This document shows positions 21,658 through 35,167 of a stretch of 64,000 bases of DNA, one piece after another. This DNA comes from Lingula anatina (Eukaryota; Animalia; Brachiopoda): the NCBI GenBank assembly GCA_051362555.1, contig CM120643.1, positions 26,354,848 through 26,418,847 of the forward strand, read 5' to 3'. A program made the translations under genes and the position numbers. The first letter of the stretch is position 1; the number at the start of each line of letters is the position of its first letter. Under the pieces are notes generated by a model. That model searched no databases and was not told the DNA's origin. It saw only the letters and a program-made list of their open reading frames with translations.

Positions 21658-23462
21658 GGGGGGGGGAGTTTTGCAAAGAATTTTAGTTTCACAATTGGTC
21701 TAAAAATTTAAAAAAAAGATTGATGACAAATCTACTTTAAGTAAAAAATCCATATAGTAGTAGTTTGCTTAAATAAAAAAGGATGACTTCTAAATATCAG
21801 CAACACCACTCCTGTTATTTAAAAAACGTCACTGTTACTGTATATCATTCTATTGGATTATGTATGAATGATAAATATGTGTAAGATTTATCTCATTTCA
21901 AAGTGGGGAAAACTTTTGGGCTTAAGAATTTCAGACTAGTTTTTGTGCTATAAATCCTGATATGCCCATAATGATTTGTATAAAATTAAATCAAATTTGA
22001 TTTTAAGATTATTTTTTATTTTATTATTTGATAAAATTTTACAAAAGAAGAAAAAATAAACTGGGTGTTTTTCTGTTGAATGAACAAAAATCACCACTTG
22101 TAGTTTTGTTTGAATTTAAAGTTTCTGACTATGCAACCAGAGCGGCTCTGATTGTCAAAGAAAATACAAATACTGAGTTTTATTCAGACAAGTTTTCTTT
22201 GCCTTGGTGAGAAATTGGGTGATTGGCCACAGTAGGGAATTTTGTGTTAGACGCAATTTATAATGACAAATAAATACTTAACATGAAATTATAATTCAAG
22301 AATTTTCTCTTTTTGATGAAAATTCATCATCAGTCTGCATTAGAATAGACATTTGAGATGTATCTTTTTATGTATTTTTTGTAAGTAAATGCAACACAAA
22401 AATGGTGATCAATTACAATACAAATGGAGATTTTCAGAAAGTAATAGATAACTAGAGTAATAAACCTACTACAGGTTGTTTACAAACTATAAGAGAATTA
22501 TACTTGTAGATAACAATGATTCCAAGAAAACAGAGTTCAAGGATGTAAATTATCCTCTCAATCTCAGCGTGAATGAATAATTCCCCCATCCCCTTAAAAA
22601 TGTTGTATAAGTAATATTTGAAAATGTTGATCCATAACTTATGACATTTGGATGTATATTTAAAGGTGGTTGGATTGGTGTCAAAAATCAAATTGTTGTC
22701 ATTGCCAAAAAAGAGAAATCTGGAAAAAAAAAGTTATATAACAGAAAAAGTGAGGGCCTTTTGATACTTAACAGTAGTTACGGTACCATGAAAAGGATGT
22801 GATGTCAGATATTGCAGGCAGACACTTCAATTACGTCTAATCTTGGGAGGTTTTTAGAAGGAGAATGTGCAGTGCTCCAAGACTTTGGTGCATTTAGAGG
22901 GTTCAGAAATGGATTTTTTTGTCTTAGGTTTGGCATTAAGTCAGGTTTTGTGTTCCTCAGCCGAATAGAAACCGATAGATGACTATTTTGAGTGATTTGT
23001 TTGTACTTTAATTTGGACTTGATTTGGGACATTGCTAGTTACTGCCATCTCTCTCTCCTTTCTCTCTCTCTCTCTCTTTACACATTAAATGCATAACCAA
23101 AATCTGTTGGTAAGGCACCAACAAAACTCCTCAACTTTATCAAGATTTAGATATTTTGACATTCAAATATTTGGATTAGCCATCTGTTATAGATACAGTG
23201 TGCTTTCTAAGGATTAACAAGTTTATATTGCACCTGCCAATCTTTACCTGGTAAGTATCTGCAAGACTCCAGAACAAGTTGTTTCTTATCACTAAACTGA
23301 TACAGGTAGACAGATGGATCTGAGCACAAAAGTAGAATTTCAAGATCAGAAATTAAAAAAGAATTAAAGAGAAACTCTTTTATTCCTTGCTTCACGTCCC
23401 ATTCCACACAACCATTTGTATACCACTTTATATAACTGATAACGACCAATTTCAAATTGTAG

Positions 23463-23612
23463 TTGATCTGCGCGAAGTTAAGGAGATTCGTCCAGGGAAG
23501 AACTCGAAAGACTTTGAGAAATGGCCAGAGGAGGGCAAGAAGATGGACAAGGAGAGGTCATTTGTTATCCTGTATGGCATGGAGTTCCGCCTGAAGACGC
23601 TGTCCTTGGTTG
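23463..23612 (+). CDS. PLCG1: PLC-gamma exon 2 (PH)
   Basis: DLREVKEIRPGKNSKDFEKW...FVILYGMEFRLKTLSLV; AG/GTGAGT, 150 nt. Confidence 0.95.
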
Positions 23613-23985
23613 GTGAGTATTGCACTGTAGGGATTGCGGGCTGGCTTTTGAATAAAAAAAATTGACGAAATGTCAAAAACGAGTATAGAAACATCTGCTT
23701 GGAGAAATGAGTGAGTTTGAGAATATCTCAAGTAAAAATAAGTACTTTTGATTTCTAGTCTTGTTTTGATTTATTTAGCAGTTTTAAAATTATCTATTTT
23801 CATTTTCTTTTTTTTTTTCGTTGAACACAATTTCTATAAACAGTTGTTCCCTTGAAGATATTTGTTTGATTACAAAAATGAAAGACCTTTGACATGTGTG
23901 TATAAAAATTCAATTTCACCTAAAATATTTCAAGCTGGGGTTTCATGAATGCACATTGATATGTGTTCTTTTTTTCTTTTTCCAG

Positions 23986-24079
23986 CCAGCACACAGGAGG
24001 AGTACCGTATGATGGTAGACGGCCTCCGATACCTCAGTGAAGATACACAGTCAGGGCCCTATCCACTACAGGTTGAAAG
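23986..24079 (+). CDS. PLCG1: PLC-gamma exon 3
   Basis: ASTQEEYRMMVDGLRYLSEDTQSGPYPLQVER; acceptor tttccag, donor GTAAGG. Confidence 0.92.
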
Positions 24080-25160
24080 GTAAGGGTGGGGGTATAGTGA
24101 TTACCTCAGTCAGTACACACAGTCAGGGCCCTACCCACTACAGGTTGAAAGGTAAGGGTGGGGGTATAGTGATTACCTCAGTCAGTACACATAGTCAGGG
24201 CCCTATCCACTACAGGTTGAAAGGTAAGGGTGGGGGTATAGTGATTACCTCAGTCAGTACACATAGTCAGGGCCCTACCCACTACAGGTTGAAAGGTAAG
24301 AGTGGGGGTATAGTGATTACCTCAGTCAGTACACATAGTCAGGGCCCTACCCACTACAGGTTGAAAGGTAAGGGTGGGGGTATAGTGATTACCTCACTCA
24401 GTACACACAGTCAGGGCCCTACCCACTACAGGTTGAAAGGTAAGGGTGGGGGTATAGTGATTACCTCACTTAGTACACACAGTCAGGGCCCTATCCACTA
24501 CAGGTTGAAAGGTAAGAGTGGGGGTATAGTGATTACCTCAGTCAGTACACACAGTCAGGGCCCTACCCACTACAGGTTGAAAGGTAAGGGTGGGGGTATA
24601 GTGATTACCTCACTCAGTACACACAGTCAGGGCCCTACCCACTACAGGTTGAAAGGTAAGGGTGGGGGTATAGTGATTACCTCACTCAGTACACACAGTC
24701 AGGGCCCTACCCACTACAGGTTGAAAGGTAAGAGTGGGGGTATAGTGATTACCTCAGTCAGTACACACAGTCAGGGCCCTACCCACTACAGGTTGAAAGG
24801 TAAGGGTGGGGGTATAGTGGTTACCTCACTCAGTACACACAGTCAGGGCCCTACCCACTACAGGTTGAAAGGTAAGGGTGGGGGTATAGTGATTACCTCA
24901 CTCAGTACACACAGTCAGGGCCCTACCCACTACAGGTTGAAAGGTAAGGGTGGGGGTATAGTGATTACCTCAGTCAGTACACACAGTCAGGGCCCTACCC
25001 ACTATAGGTTGAAAGGTAAGGGTGGGGGTATAGTGATTACCTCAGTCAGTACACACAGTCAGGGCCCTACCCACTACAGGTTGAAAGGTAAGGGTGGGGG
25101 TATAGTGATTACCTCAGTCAGTACACACAGTCAGGGCCCTACCCACTACAGGTTGAAAGG
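24030..25160 (+). repeat. 72-bp minisatellite, ~16 copies, unit spans the exon 3 / intron junction
   Basis: Unit tacctcagtcagtacacacagtcagggccctacccactacaggttgaaag|gtaagggtgggggtatagtgat. Confidence 0.97.
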
Positions 25161-25286
25161 TATTGGTGTGGGTCTTACACAGGACAATTAAATCAAGATA
25201 ATTTTGCTGTAGCCCTCACACCTAGAATTCCAAGAAATATGTCTGTGTGGTTAATTAAAATTAGTTGTTTTTCTTTATTCTTCTAG

Positions 25287-25331
25287 GTGGCTGCGCAAAG
25301 AATTTTACACATTAGAAAACCGAAACCACAT
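25287..25331 (+). CDS. PLCG1: PLC-gamma exon 4
   Basis: WLRKEFYTLENRNH; 45 nt, phase 2-2. Confidence 0.9.
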
Positions 25332-27144
25332 GTAAGTAACCTGGCAAGCCTGAGAATTTTATTGAAGAAAAGGAAAAAATTAAAAGTCATAGAATATAAA
25401 TGCTGGCTTGAAATCATTGTACAGCCAGGTTGGACTGGCATTAGATTTGTAATTCCAATTCAGAGTTACGTTTAGAAATATACTTGTTTACTAATAGAAA
25501 GTTTAACTTATAAATAAACATAAATAGGCAGTTGTAAGGAAACAAAACTATTATCTGGCACTCTGGCATTGAATGTGATGCCTCTCAGTAGTCAATAAGA
25601 GATTAAGAACAAAAACCCAGGACATTTACTATTGTAGTATTTAACTTGTTTGAGTGCTTTTTGCCATTCAGAACAAAGTCATCATGGTAAATAGCGATAA
25701 ATCACACTCTGCCATCTCTCTGTGACAGTTGTGAACAATTGTGTTGATTTTCCACTCATTGGACTTGAGATGGAAAGGATTGTGGCTAATGCAACACTCT
25801 GTGTGGCCTGTGTGATTTCTGGCAGCGTGTTAAGACAAGGAAATCTTTGGACCGAATATTGGTCCAACTTCTGTTATGTTACAGTCAGGTTGATGTGGTG
25901 TAGATGTCTGGATTGTGAAATAAGTGCTGAAGGGTTCTGTGTGTACAGCAGTAGGGTGATAGCAGAGAGGTACCATTTCACCCAAATTGCTGATTTTTAT
26001 TTGAACTGGGACTTGTTCCAAATTATATTGGGTCCAAACTAGACAATATAGGTGGAGTTTTTGATTAAACCTCCCTGGTCCTGTATGTAATCCTGGATAC
26101 ACCCCAGTGGGGATGTTTTTCTGACACCTCATCTTGCTTACTGCCAATATACTTTCACCACACCAACTCTGCAGTGAGCACTCTGTAATACATGCAAAGT
26201 ATTTTTATAGTACTTACGACCTCTGAAAACTAAAAAGACTAAGCATTTTTGTATCTACGAGGCATGGCATTAAGATCCTTTTGATGAAGAACTTTGATAT
26301 GAAATGATTTTTTTATCATCATTAAACGAGAGATGATGAAAAAGCCTATTTTACCAAGATAATTAGTTTTGAAAAAATTCCTATTAGGACTTGTCCCATA
26401 TAGTCTAGTGGAGAGGGTTTAGGTAAGGTCTGCTGTGATCTGTAAATCATTTCATTATATTCAAGAGGTACATTGTCTTTCGGGACAGCTTCATTTGGTT
26501 AGCTGATACTGATAAGGGAACGATTTCGTGCATGCCTTTCATTGTCACTTGGGGTAAAAATGCCAATTTTGAGCAGTCTGTTAGCAAAATGAGAAACTTG
26601 CACAGAAATTCCATGTACTCTCTCTGTATCAGAAATAAAATGTGCCATTTTGAGCTCAGATCTTGCCAGAAAAAAATGCAACAAGTGTAATTAAGTCAAA
26701 TGGTTGTTTTCAAAAAAAAATTGTTGTCAAACATTGACGTGAATCAAGCTGGAGTTAATTCAAAATATTTAAAGTAAAAAAAAAAAAGGTGGTATTGACA
26801 CAGTCCTTTCTAAGTTCATTTTATTTTGTAATTTCCTCTTAGAAGTTAAGTTTATTTTATAATGTGTACATGTCTTCTGGCAGTGAAATTGATATTTCCA
26901 AGAAGGCCATGGATGCTTTAGTTTCCGATAACCCTGACTTAATGCACAAACAACTGATCTCAACTTGATGATTCCTAGAAGAGCTGACACCCTGCTCAAT
27001 TATCAGACGTCTGTGGTATTTTTCAAAACCATAATACAGATATTTTGGCAAGCCACTATCCCTCACTTCCTTTTCTGTATTTTTCTGTTGTAATTTTTTC
27101 CCAAAAAAGATATATAATTTATATATTTATTGGTTTTTTTCTAG

Positions 27145-27226
27145 GGTGTCTGTAAAGGATATCAAGTCATGGCTACCCAGAGTAAATTATAAAATATCTA
27201 ACACAAAGCTACGGGAACAATATCAG
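27145..27226 (+). CDS. PLCG1: PLC-gamma exon 5 (EF-hand)
   Basis: VSVKDIKSWLPRVNYKISNTKLREQYQ; AG/GTAAGA. Confidence 0.92.
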
Positions 27227-27471
27227 GTAAGATATTCCAGAACATATAAGTAGATTAAGTAAATCTGTTTGTGTCTGATCTTGTGTGTAATGAGGGGTAG
27301 GAAGATGATTTCTTAAGTGGAAGTGAAAAAATAAAGAAGATGAACGGCCTATTTCACCAATAAGTAAATAAATCAGTAAATAGAATTTAAAAGTAATAAA
27401 TTTATTAAACAGTGAAAAGGATTTAAAGAAAGACATTGGCTCAGACTTTTAAAGCTCTGATTAACTCGGCA

Positions 27472-30400
27472 TTATTGTACCACCAGCGTTAGCGCTGGCG
27501 GTACACATGGTTTTAGTCCCGTCCAGATCGTTCCGCCGGCTCCGCGAGCTCGTGCGGCTCCGCCGGATGGCTACCGTTACCGCTTCTCCTCCTAGACGGT
27601 AAGGGCCCCCGTAACCATCTCTTGGATTTAGGTCACCTATAATCTCAACTCGTTCCACGTAAAATTTGGGCTTTGTCGGTATTGGGGTCTAGGTGTGGCA
27701 CTCATTGCAATGCACCCTTGTCTAAAAATGGCAAAATTAAATGCTAATTATCTACCCTACGGATGGAATTATGGGAAAAATTTCTACAGACGGCTTTCCA
27801 AAAGTCATATGTGTAGATTTCAAATATGCCCTTGGATTTGACCTTTGACCTTTATTTCAAGGTCAAACGGGCCAAAATTTTCAAAAAAATTAATTTTTTT
27901 ACGAAAAAAAAATTATTTGCCCTGTTATTTAGACACCACACAGACTTAATCAATAATATTATTGGAAGTTGTTACCCTTCAGGTCATCTTTCATCTCCGT
28001 GAATTTGGGGTCAATCCGTGCATTTTCACAGGAGTAGCGGCCATAAGATACTGAAACTGTCTCTAATTCGGGAACCGTTTACGCTAGAGACCCATTCTTT
28101 TTTGCATTTTGTAGAGCATGTAAAGCCCAACACTGGAGGTGGTCTCCGTTTTTTTGTATTCCATACGGTTTTCGAGTTACGCTGTATCAAAAAGTACATA
28201 TTGGTGGTGAAAGCAAAATGTGCAGTACGGTAATGGATAATAAATTTTGAACTCCAGAAAAAAAAATATAAGGCTTGGCAAAGCAGACAACTTGTGGTCA
28301 AAAATGACATTATTTCATCAAATTTGAACTTCTGGAACTTCAGAGCACCTCCCATTTCAAGAATTTTGACCAAAATGACCTTTTCTTTATTTTAATTAAT
28401 TTTTTTCTGTAGGAAATTTATGGCACATTATGGTAACTCCAAAATTATAATATTTAGTCCCTTATATCTCCAAAACTGGCAGAGATAGGTCCATAGTTAC
28501 TATTGAAGTTGAATAGGAAGTCATATACTGGCAATCTTACTGTGACCTTGAAATTGACCTTTGACCTACTTTTCACCATGAACTGAACTTTGCAAATTTT
28601 GCTTCCCTTTTATCTCCAAAACTGGCAGAGATAGGTCCATAGTTACTATTGAACTTGAATAGGAAGTCATATACTGGCAATCTAAATGTGACCTTAAAAT
28701 TGACCTTTGACCTACTTTTCACCATGACTTTAACTTTGCAAATTTTGCTTCCCTTTTATCTCCAAAACTGGAAGAGATAGGTCCATAGTTTCTATTGAAC
28801 TTGAATAGGAAGTCATATACTGGCAATCTATATGTGACCTTGAAATTGACCTTTGACCTACTTTTCACCATGAACTGAACTTTGCAAATTTTGTTTCCCT
28901 TTTATCTCCAAAACTGGCAGAGATAGGTCCATAGTTACTATTGAACTTGAATAGGAAGTCATATACTGGCAATCTAAATGTGACCTTAAAATTGACCTTT
29001 GACCTACTTTTCACCATGAATTGAACTTTGCAAATTTTGCTTCCCTTTTATCTCCAAAACTGGAAGAGATAGGTCCATAGTTTCTATTGAACTTGAATAG
29101 GAAGTCATATACTGGCAATCTATATGTGACCTTGAAATTGACCTTTGACCTACTTTTCACCATGAACTGAACTCTGCAAATTTTGCTTCCCTTTTATCTC
29201 CAAACCTGGCAGAGGTAGGTCCATAGTTACTATTGAAGTTGAATAGGAAGTCATATACTGGCAATCTATATGTGACCTTGAAATTGACCTTTGACCTACT
29301 TTTCACCATGAATTGAACTTTGCAAATTTTGGTTCCCTTTTATCTCCAAAACTGGCAGAGATAGGTCCATAGTTGCTATTGAACTTGAATAGGAAGTCAT
29401 ATCCTGGCAATCTAAGTGTGATCTTGAAATTGACCTTTGACCTACTTATTATCATGAACTGAACTCTGCTAATTTCTTTCTCTTTTAACTCCAAACCTGG
29501 CAGAGGTAGGTCCATAGTTACTATTGAAGTTAAATATGAAGTCATATTCTGGCAATTTACTGTGACCTTGAAATTGACCTTTGACCTTCTTTTCACCATG
29601 AACTGAACTTTGCATATTTTGCTTCCCTTTTATCTTCAAAACTAGCAGAGATATTTCCATGGTTACTATTGAAGTTGAATAGGAAGTCATATACTGGCAA
29701 TCTTACTGTGAACTGGAAATTGACATTTGACCTACTTTTCACCATGAACTGAACTTTGCAAATTTTGCTTCCCTTTTATCTCCAAAACTGGCTGAGATAG
29801 GTCCATAATTACTGTAGAACTTGAATAGGAAGTCATATACTGGCAATCTAAATGTGACCTTAAAATTGACCTTTGACCTACTTTTCACCATGAACTGAAC
29901 TTTGCAAATTTTGCTTCCCTTTTATCTCCAAAGTTACGCTGTATCAAAAAGTACATTGGTGGTGAAAGCAAAATGTGCAGTACGGTAATGGATAATAAAT
30001 TTTGAACTCCAGAAAAATAAAACATAAGGCTTGGCAAAGCAGACAACTCGTGGTCAAAAATGACATTATATCATCAAATTTGAACATCTCGAACTTCAGA
30101 ACACCTCCCATTTCAAGAATTTTGACCAAAATGACCTTTTCTTTATTTTAATTAATTTTTTCTGTAGGAAATTTATGGCACATTATGGTAACTCCAAAAT
30201 TATAATATTTAGTCCCTTATATCTCCAAAACTGGCAGAGATAGGTCCATAGTTACTATTGAAGTTGAATAGGAAGTCATATACTGGCAATCTTACTGTGA
30301 CCTTGAAATTGACCTTTGACCTACTTTTCACCATGAACTGAACTTTGCAAATTTTGCTTCCCTTTTATCTCCAAAACTGGCAGAGATAGGTCCATAGTTA

Positions 30401-30829
30401 TTATTGAAGTTGAATAGGAAGTCATATACTGGCAATCTAAATGTGACCTTTAAATTGACCTTTGGCCTACTTTTCACCATGAACTGAACTTTGCGAATTT
30501 TGCTTCCCTTTTATCTCCAAAACTGGCAGAGATAGGTCCATAGTTACTATTAAACTTGAATAGGAAATCATATACTGGCAATTTACTGTGACCTTGAAAT
30601 TGACCTTTGACCTACCTTACGATGAATTCACTTTGATTGTACCATTTTAAGTTATATATATTTTTTGAATGTTTTGAAAATTGTTGTTGATTGCATTTTT
30701 ACAGCTTGTCAAGCACAAGACTGGTGGCTGTGTCCCTTACTTTGTGTATGTGGGGGTCTATACGAATGCGCTTGCTCCAGCTGGTGGTACAATATTCGGA
30801 GGCGGTATCGCCTCTCTGATCTTCTAGTT
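27472..30829 (+). mobile_element. Helentron-associated non-autonomous element (HINE-like) carrying a satellite array
   Basis: 15-bp subterminal IR tattgtaccaccagc (27473) / gctggtggtacaata (30780); 3' hairpin gaggcg-gtat-cgcctc (30799-30814); ctagtt end. Confidence 0.75.
28465..30615 (+). repeat. 146-bp satellite: ~10 copies, a duplicated ~290-bp leader, then ~2.7 more copies
   Basis: tccaaaactggcagagatagg recurs at 28469, 28615, 28761 etc.; 29933-30225 repeats 28176-28470. Confidence 0.95.
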
Positions 30830-32639
30830 ATTATTTATTTTGGCTTGATGTGCACTGTATTTACAAAATCCATTTCGCGGGTACAATGATATGCAATAAT
30901 TACAAAATTTCAACCTCAGAGTTGCAAATGCAAAAATAAGTATATATATATACAGATATGATAATTATTATTCTTGTTAATATAGTCTAAGTCTTTAGAC
31001 CTCATTTTGTGGAAGAGACCCTTGAAAGAGGTGTTTCTAAGACCCCATTCCCAGAGATTAGATCGATCCAAACTAGATCGACCTAACTCCCTGGGGGTTC
31101 ACGCCAATTAGCTGTCAGCGGGCACGAAAGTTAATTACCCCCTTACAGCTTGTTGAAGGCGGAAGGGACATTTAAGTCGGATTATCTGACAGTAATCTAG
31201 TGAGACTCCCCACAGGGATAGATCGATCTAAATGTCTGGGAATACACCCTAAATGTTCATATCTCGGTTGTAGAAGTGTTCTACCTCTGAAATGAGAGCA
31301 GCTGGCATGTCTGCTAGTAAAGCCATTCATTGTGTAAAGTACAACATTGCTAGTTATATTGATAAACAAAAAACGTATGAATTATTACTTGGAAAACTCA
31401 TTTATCAAATTAATCATAATTTCTCAGAAATACCAGCATTTCAAAAGTGGTATTGTGGGAAGAGAAAGGGTCAGAAGAAATGGATTATCTGAGAGATTTA
31501 TTCTGCTGAGGATTGGTGGTGATCAATATAAAAACCAGTTTGCACCTAAACTTTTCAGTGCACTTGTCTGTTGTACCACTAAATCTCACAAAACTGCAAA
31601 TCCGAAGTAATATTGACTAGTCGAAAGAACAAATTTTCTATAAGTCTGAGAGAAATTAGTACCTTTGTTTTTACCTGTTTAATGCTTTATTTACTAGTTA
31701 ATTGCCTCAAAATAGCTGCTGACATGGTACTGCTGTCAGGTGCAGTGAATTTAAATTTTTTTAGTTGCTTACATTGCATGCTATGGAGTAACCAATTAGT
31801 GAAGGAAATTAGAACTGAGGATAGCATTTCATGACAGATGTCAGTAGGGATTAAAGTTGCCATTTATGTGGAAGTGCTGCTAATTGAAAGTCATTTTGAC
31901 ACTCTTTTATAAAAACTGAATTGCGATGTGTTTTATTTATTGATCTCAGGGATGGTTTTTAAAAAAGTGTCCAATGTATGTATAAAGTTATTCTTCCTTG
32001 CTCTATATATTCCCTAAACACACACATACACACAAACAATACAGTTCAATATCTTGTATAAAATGCAGCTTAACTGGAGTTGATGACATGGGCAGTTATT
32101 AATTAGACGTGGAATCAGTGAACGGTCACTGGAGCAGATTAACAGTTTGGAATTACCACTGCTGGGCGGGAATAAGCTGATTGGTACAGTAATTGGTGTG
32201 AATTGAGAAATTCTGCAGAACACTGTTCTTGGGAAAAACAGGATGGATTCTGCAGTACATTGACACCACAGTACTGGTCATTACAGCCCATATTAACAAT
32301 AATAGATAATAAAAATAATAAAAATGTCTGTAATAATAGTAATAGTGACTTATAAGACTTATTAAATATATATGTAATTATTGATTTATGGCTTTTATTC
32401 TATGTAAAAGAGCCAAAGAATATACCAGTTATATCATTTTGTGATCATGGTCTTGAACATCAATATAATTATAATGGATAAAAAATGGATTCTAGCATAA
32501 ACACCGTTTTATGTTTTCAAATAAATAGTGTGATTTGACACAAATGTCAGTAACCAATTAGTGTCTGTATGTGATGCAGCCATGGTTTGAAAAAAAAAGT
32601 CTTTCATGTTCCTAATTCAAATTGTTTCTTGTTTGTCAG

Positions 32640-32717
32640 ATGATAGAGCCACAGCTGAAGGAAATAGGGTTTGAGCAATTTTCCATGCTATACCACAACC
32701 TCATCCATGTACATAGT
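32640..32717 (+). CDS. PLCG1: PLC-gamma exon 6 (EF-hand)
   Basis: MIEPQLKEIGFEQFSMLYHNLIHVHS; 78 nt, phase 0-0. Confidence 0.88.
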
Positions 32718-33304
32718 GTAAGTATACCACAACCTCATCCATGTACATAGTGTAAGTATACCACAACCTCATCCATGTACATAGTGTAAGTATACCACAA
32801 CCTCATCCATGTACATAGTGTAAGTATACCACAACCTCATCCATGTACATAGTGTAAGTATACCACAACCTCATCCATGTACATAGTGTAAGTATACCAC
32901 AACCTCATCCATGTACATAGTGTAAGTATACCACAACCTCATCCATGTACATAGTGTAAGTATACCACAACCTCATCCATGTACATAGTGTAAGTATACC
33001 ACAACCTCATCCATGTACATAGTGTAAGTATACCACAACCTCATCCATGTACATAGTGTAAGTATACCACAACCTCATCCATGTACATAGTGTAAGTATA
33101 CCACAACCTCATCCATGTACATAGCAGGGGCGGATTTAGGCCGTCTTCTGGGTCTTCCAGAAGACGGTCAGATTTTCAAGTTTACATTGACGGGTATCCA
33201 ATTTTTAATGTTGGAAGACGGTCAAAATTGGAGGATGAATCAACAAAGATAATTTGGAAGACTGTCAGTATATAGCTCTGGATCCGCCCCTGCATAGTGT
33301 AAGT
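32690..33304 (+). repeat. 34-bp minisatellite, 13 copies, unit = last 28 nt of exon 6 + GTAAGT; last copy split by a MITE
   Basis: ataccacaacctcatccatgtacatagt|gtaagt repeated identically. Confidence 0.97.
33125..33292. mobile_element. 168-bp MITE (hAT-like CAG...CTG ends)
   Basis: TIR caggggcggat / atccgcccctg; CATAG duplicated at 33120-33124 and 33293-33297; decayed relative at about 56088-56247. Confidence 0.85.
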
Positions 33305-34684
33305 ATTCAGCTAAAAAAAAACTGGCTGTCACTTTTTTCCCTTTTTAGAGGGTGAGAGATGAAAATAGAGAGAGAGAGAGAAGCTATTTCTTTTGTTGGA
33401 GGAGGAAATTGCATTTTTTTTTTTTTTTTTACAAAGCATCCATCTTACCTGGGATGTCATTGAATCTGTTTCTGGCCAATTATTCCTGTAATATGTGTCG
33501 TCCTTGAGGTCTAGTTTATTTCCGTTTTATGTGTGTTTATGAAACCATGCCGTCATGAATTTGTTTGCCAAAGTTTGGTATACACACTGAAAAATAAAAA
33601 ACACCCTTTTTTGTCTAAAAGATTAAAATAAAGTAGAATTGTTTAAAATGACCAAAAAAGGAATGCTTGTGGATATGTATGTATATATAAAGTTAATAGA
33701 AGACTTGGTTAATATTGGCTGATCTAAATCAAAATAACAAATACATTCTATGCTGAAATGAATGTTAAAAGCGAGCAGAAAAAAATGACAATCTAGTTAG
33801 ACTAGAAAGCTTTAAATTGCTTTCATTTCTGACAGATGAGACAAATAGTTATCATTACCCCAAATGAACTATTGAGCTTTCATTGTCCTATTGTGCATTG
33901 ATTTTTGATGACCTCAGGCCTGTTTTCTTGTCTGAAGTGTTAGATGGAAATTTGTCTGTTTTTTTGAGGCAAGGTAAATAATTAGTAATCAAATTGGAAA
34001 TTATTTTGCCCTTTTTATAACAAGATAGAAATGGCTGTTATTGTAGACCAGTAGCTATTTTAATTTACAAGACTGTGACAGAAGTGTTTCCTACACTGAA
34101 GTAATCTAAGGTATTGAGAGTAGGAATGAATTTAAAAAAAAACACACGTGCATTTATGCACTCCCATACAAAAATGCTTGGCTAAACAGATATTATTCAC
34201 ATTATTTCTTTAATGTTTGGTACCTTTGTTTGATTGTAATGGATGTCTGCAACCAGAAAATATTGATATTGGAAATAAAAGAAGCTACTATACTCTTTCT
34301 GATCACTCAGAAAATGCAGGTGCCACATTTACTCATAATTTGCCTAATAGGCCTCTACTGGTGAATAGTGGCACATGAAAAGTAAAATTTGACATAAAAC
34401 GCGACTGTAAACCGATAGTTTAATGCATTTTAGTCATGTTCTTTACATGGCTCTTGTTTCAGTTTCCTTTTTTGAGGAAGTTATGATTTCAGGGAATTTT
34501 TTCTGTTGTCTCCCTTTTTAGCCTAAACAGCATATGTGAAGTGAAAGGCATTTATGTTTACATGTTATACATATTGTTACTCTGTCCTTATGCTAGCATT
34601 ATTTTTATTTCTATGCTCATTTGTTTATTATTTTTTCATTTGTTTAGATATTTCATGTCTATTTAGCCATTATATGGCAAAAAC

Positions 34685-34719
<35 letters not shown>

Positions 34720-34883
34720 GTGTGTGTTTGCATGTTTGAGAGAGAGACTTCAATCAAAGCAAGGAAGACTGGATATTTTGTACATATTTTAGACAAAAGA
34801 TCATTACCAGCTCTGTTAACTCAGGTGTCAGACATGTCTTCCACAGGATATAATAATGACTCCATCTTTTCTTATGTTTACAG

Positions 34884-34921
34884 ATATTTACAGAGTATTT
34901 CCCAATGTATTCAAGAGATGG
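34884..34921 (+). CDS. PLCG1: PLC-gamma exon 7
   Basis: IFTEYFPMYSRDG; 38 nt, phase 0-2 needed to join exons 6 and 8. Confidence 0.75.
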
Positions 34922-35167
34922 GTATGTAGAAAAACTTTCTTTCAATTTTGATCGTCAGATATAAACATAGACATATATTTCCAAGAATTTAGATCTTAAT
35001 TGCCTGAAATAAACATCCTTTCCATTTTCAAAGGATGTAGATTTGTATGATTATGTTTCTTATACTGTAGTAGAGAAAATATTCTTATGCAAGTAAAATA
35101 TCATTACAATTTCCATTTTATACCATTTATGTATTTATTTATTTATTTATTTATTTATTTATTTTAG

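Noticed and set aside
12739-23455. Numerous 60-130 aa ORFs in intergenic and intronic DNA
   Set aside because: Apart from PLC-gamma exons they are AT-rich, microsatellite- or MITE-derived and lack domain motifs
24037-25191. 384-aa repetitive ORF
   Set aside because: By-product of a 72-bp minisatellite read in a non-PLC frame from a GTG
32690-33124. 34-bp repeats as a CRISPR array
   Set aside because: Head-to-tail with no spacers, no cas genes, and derived from a eukaryotic exon junction
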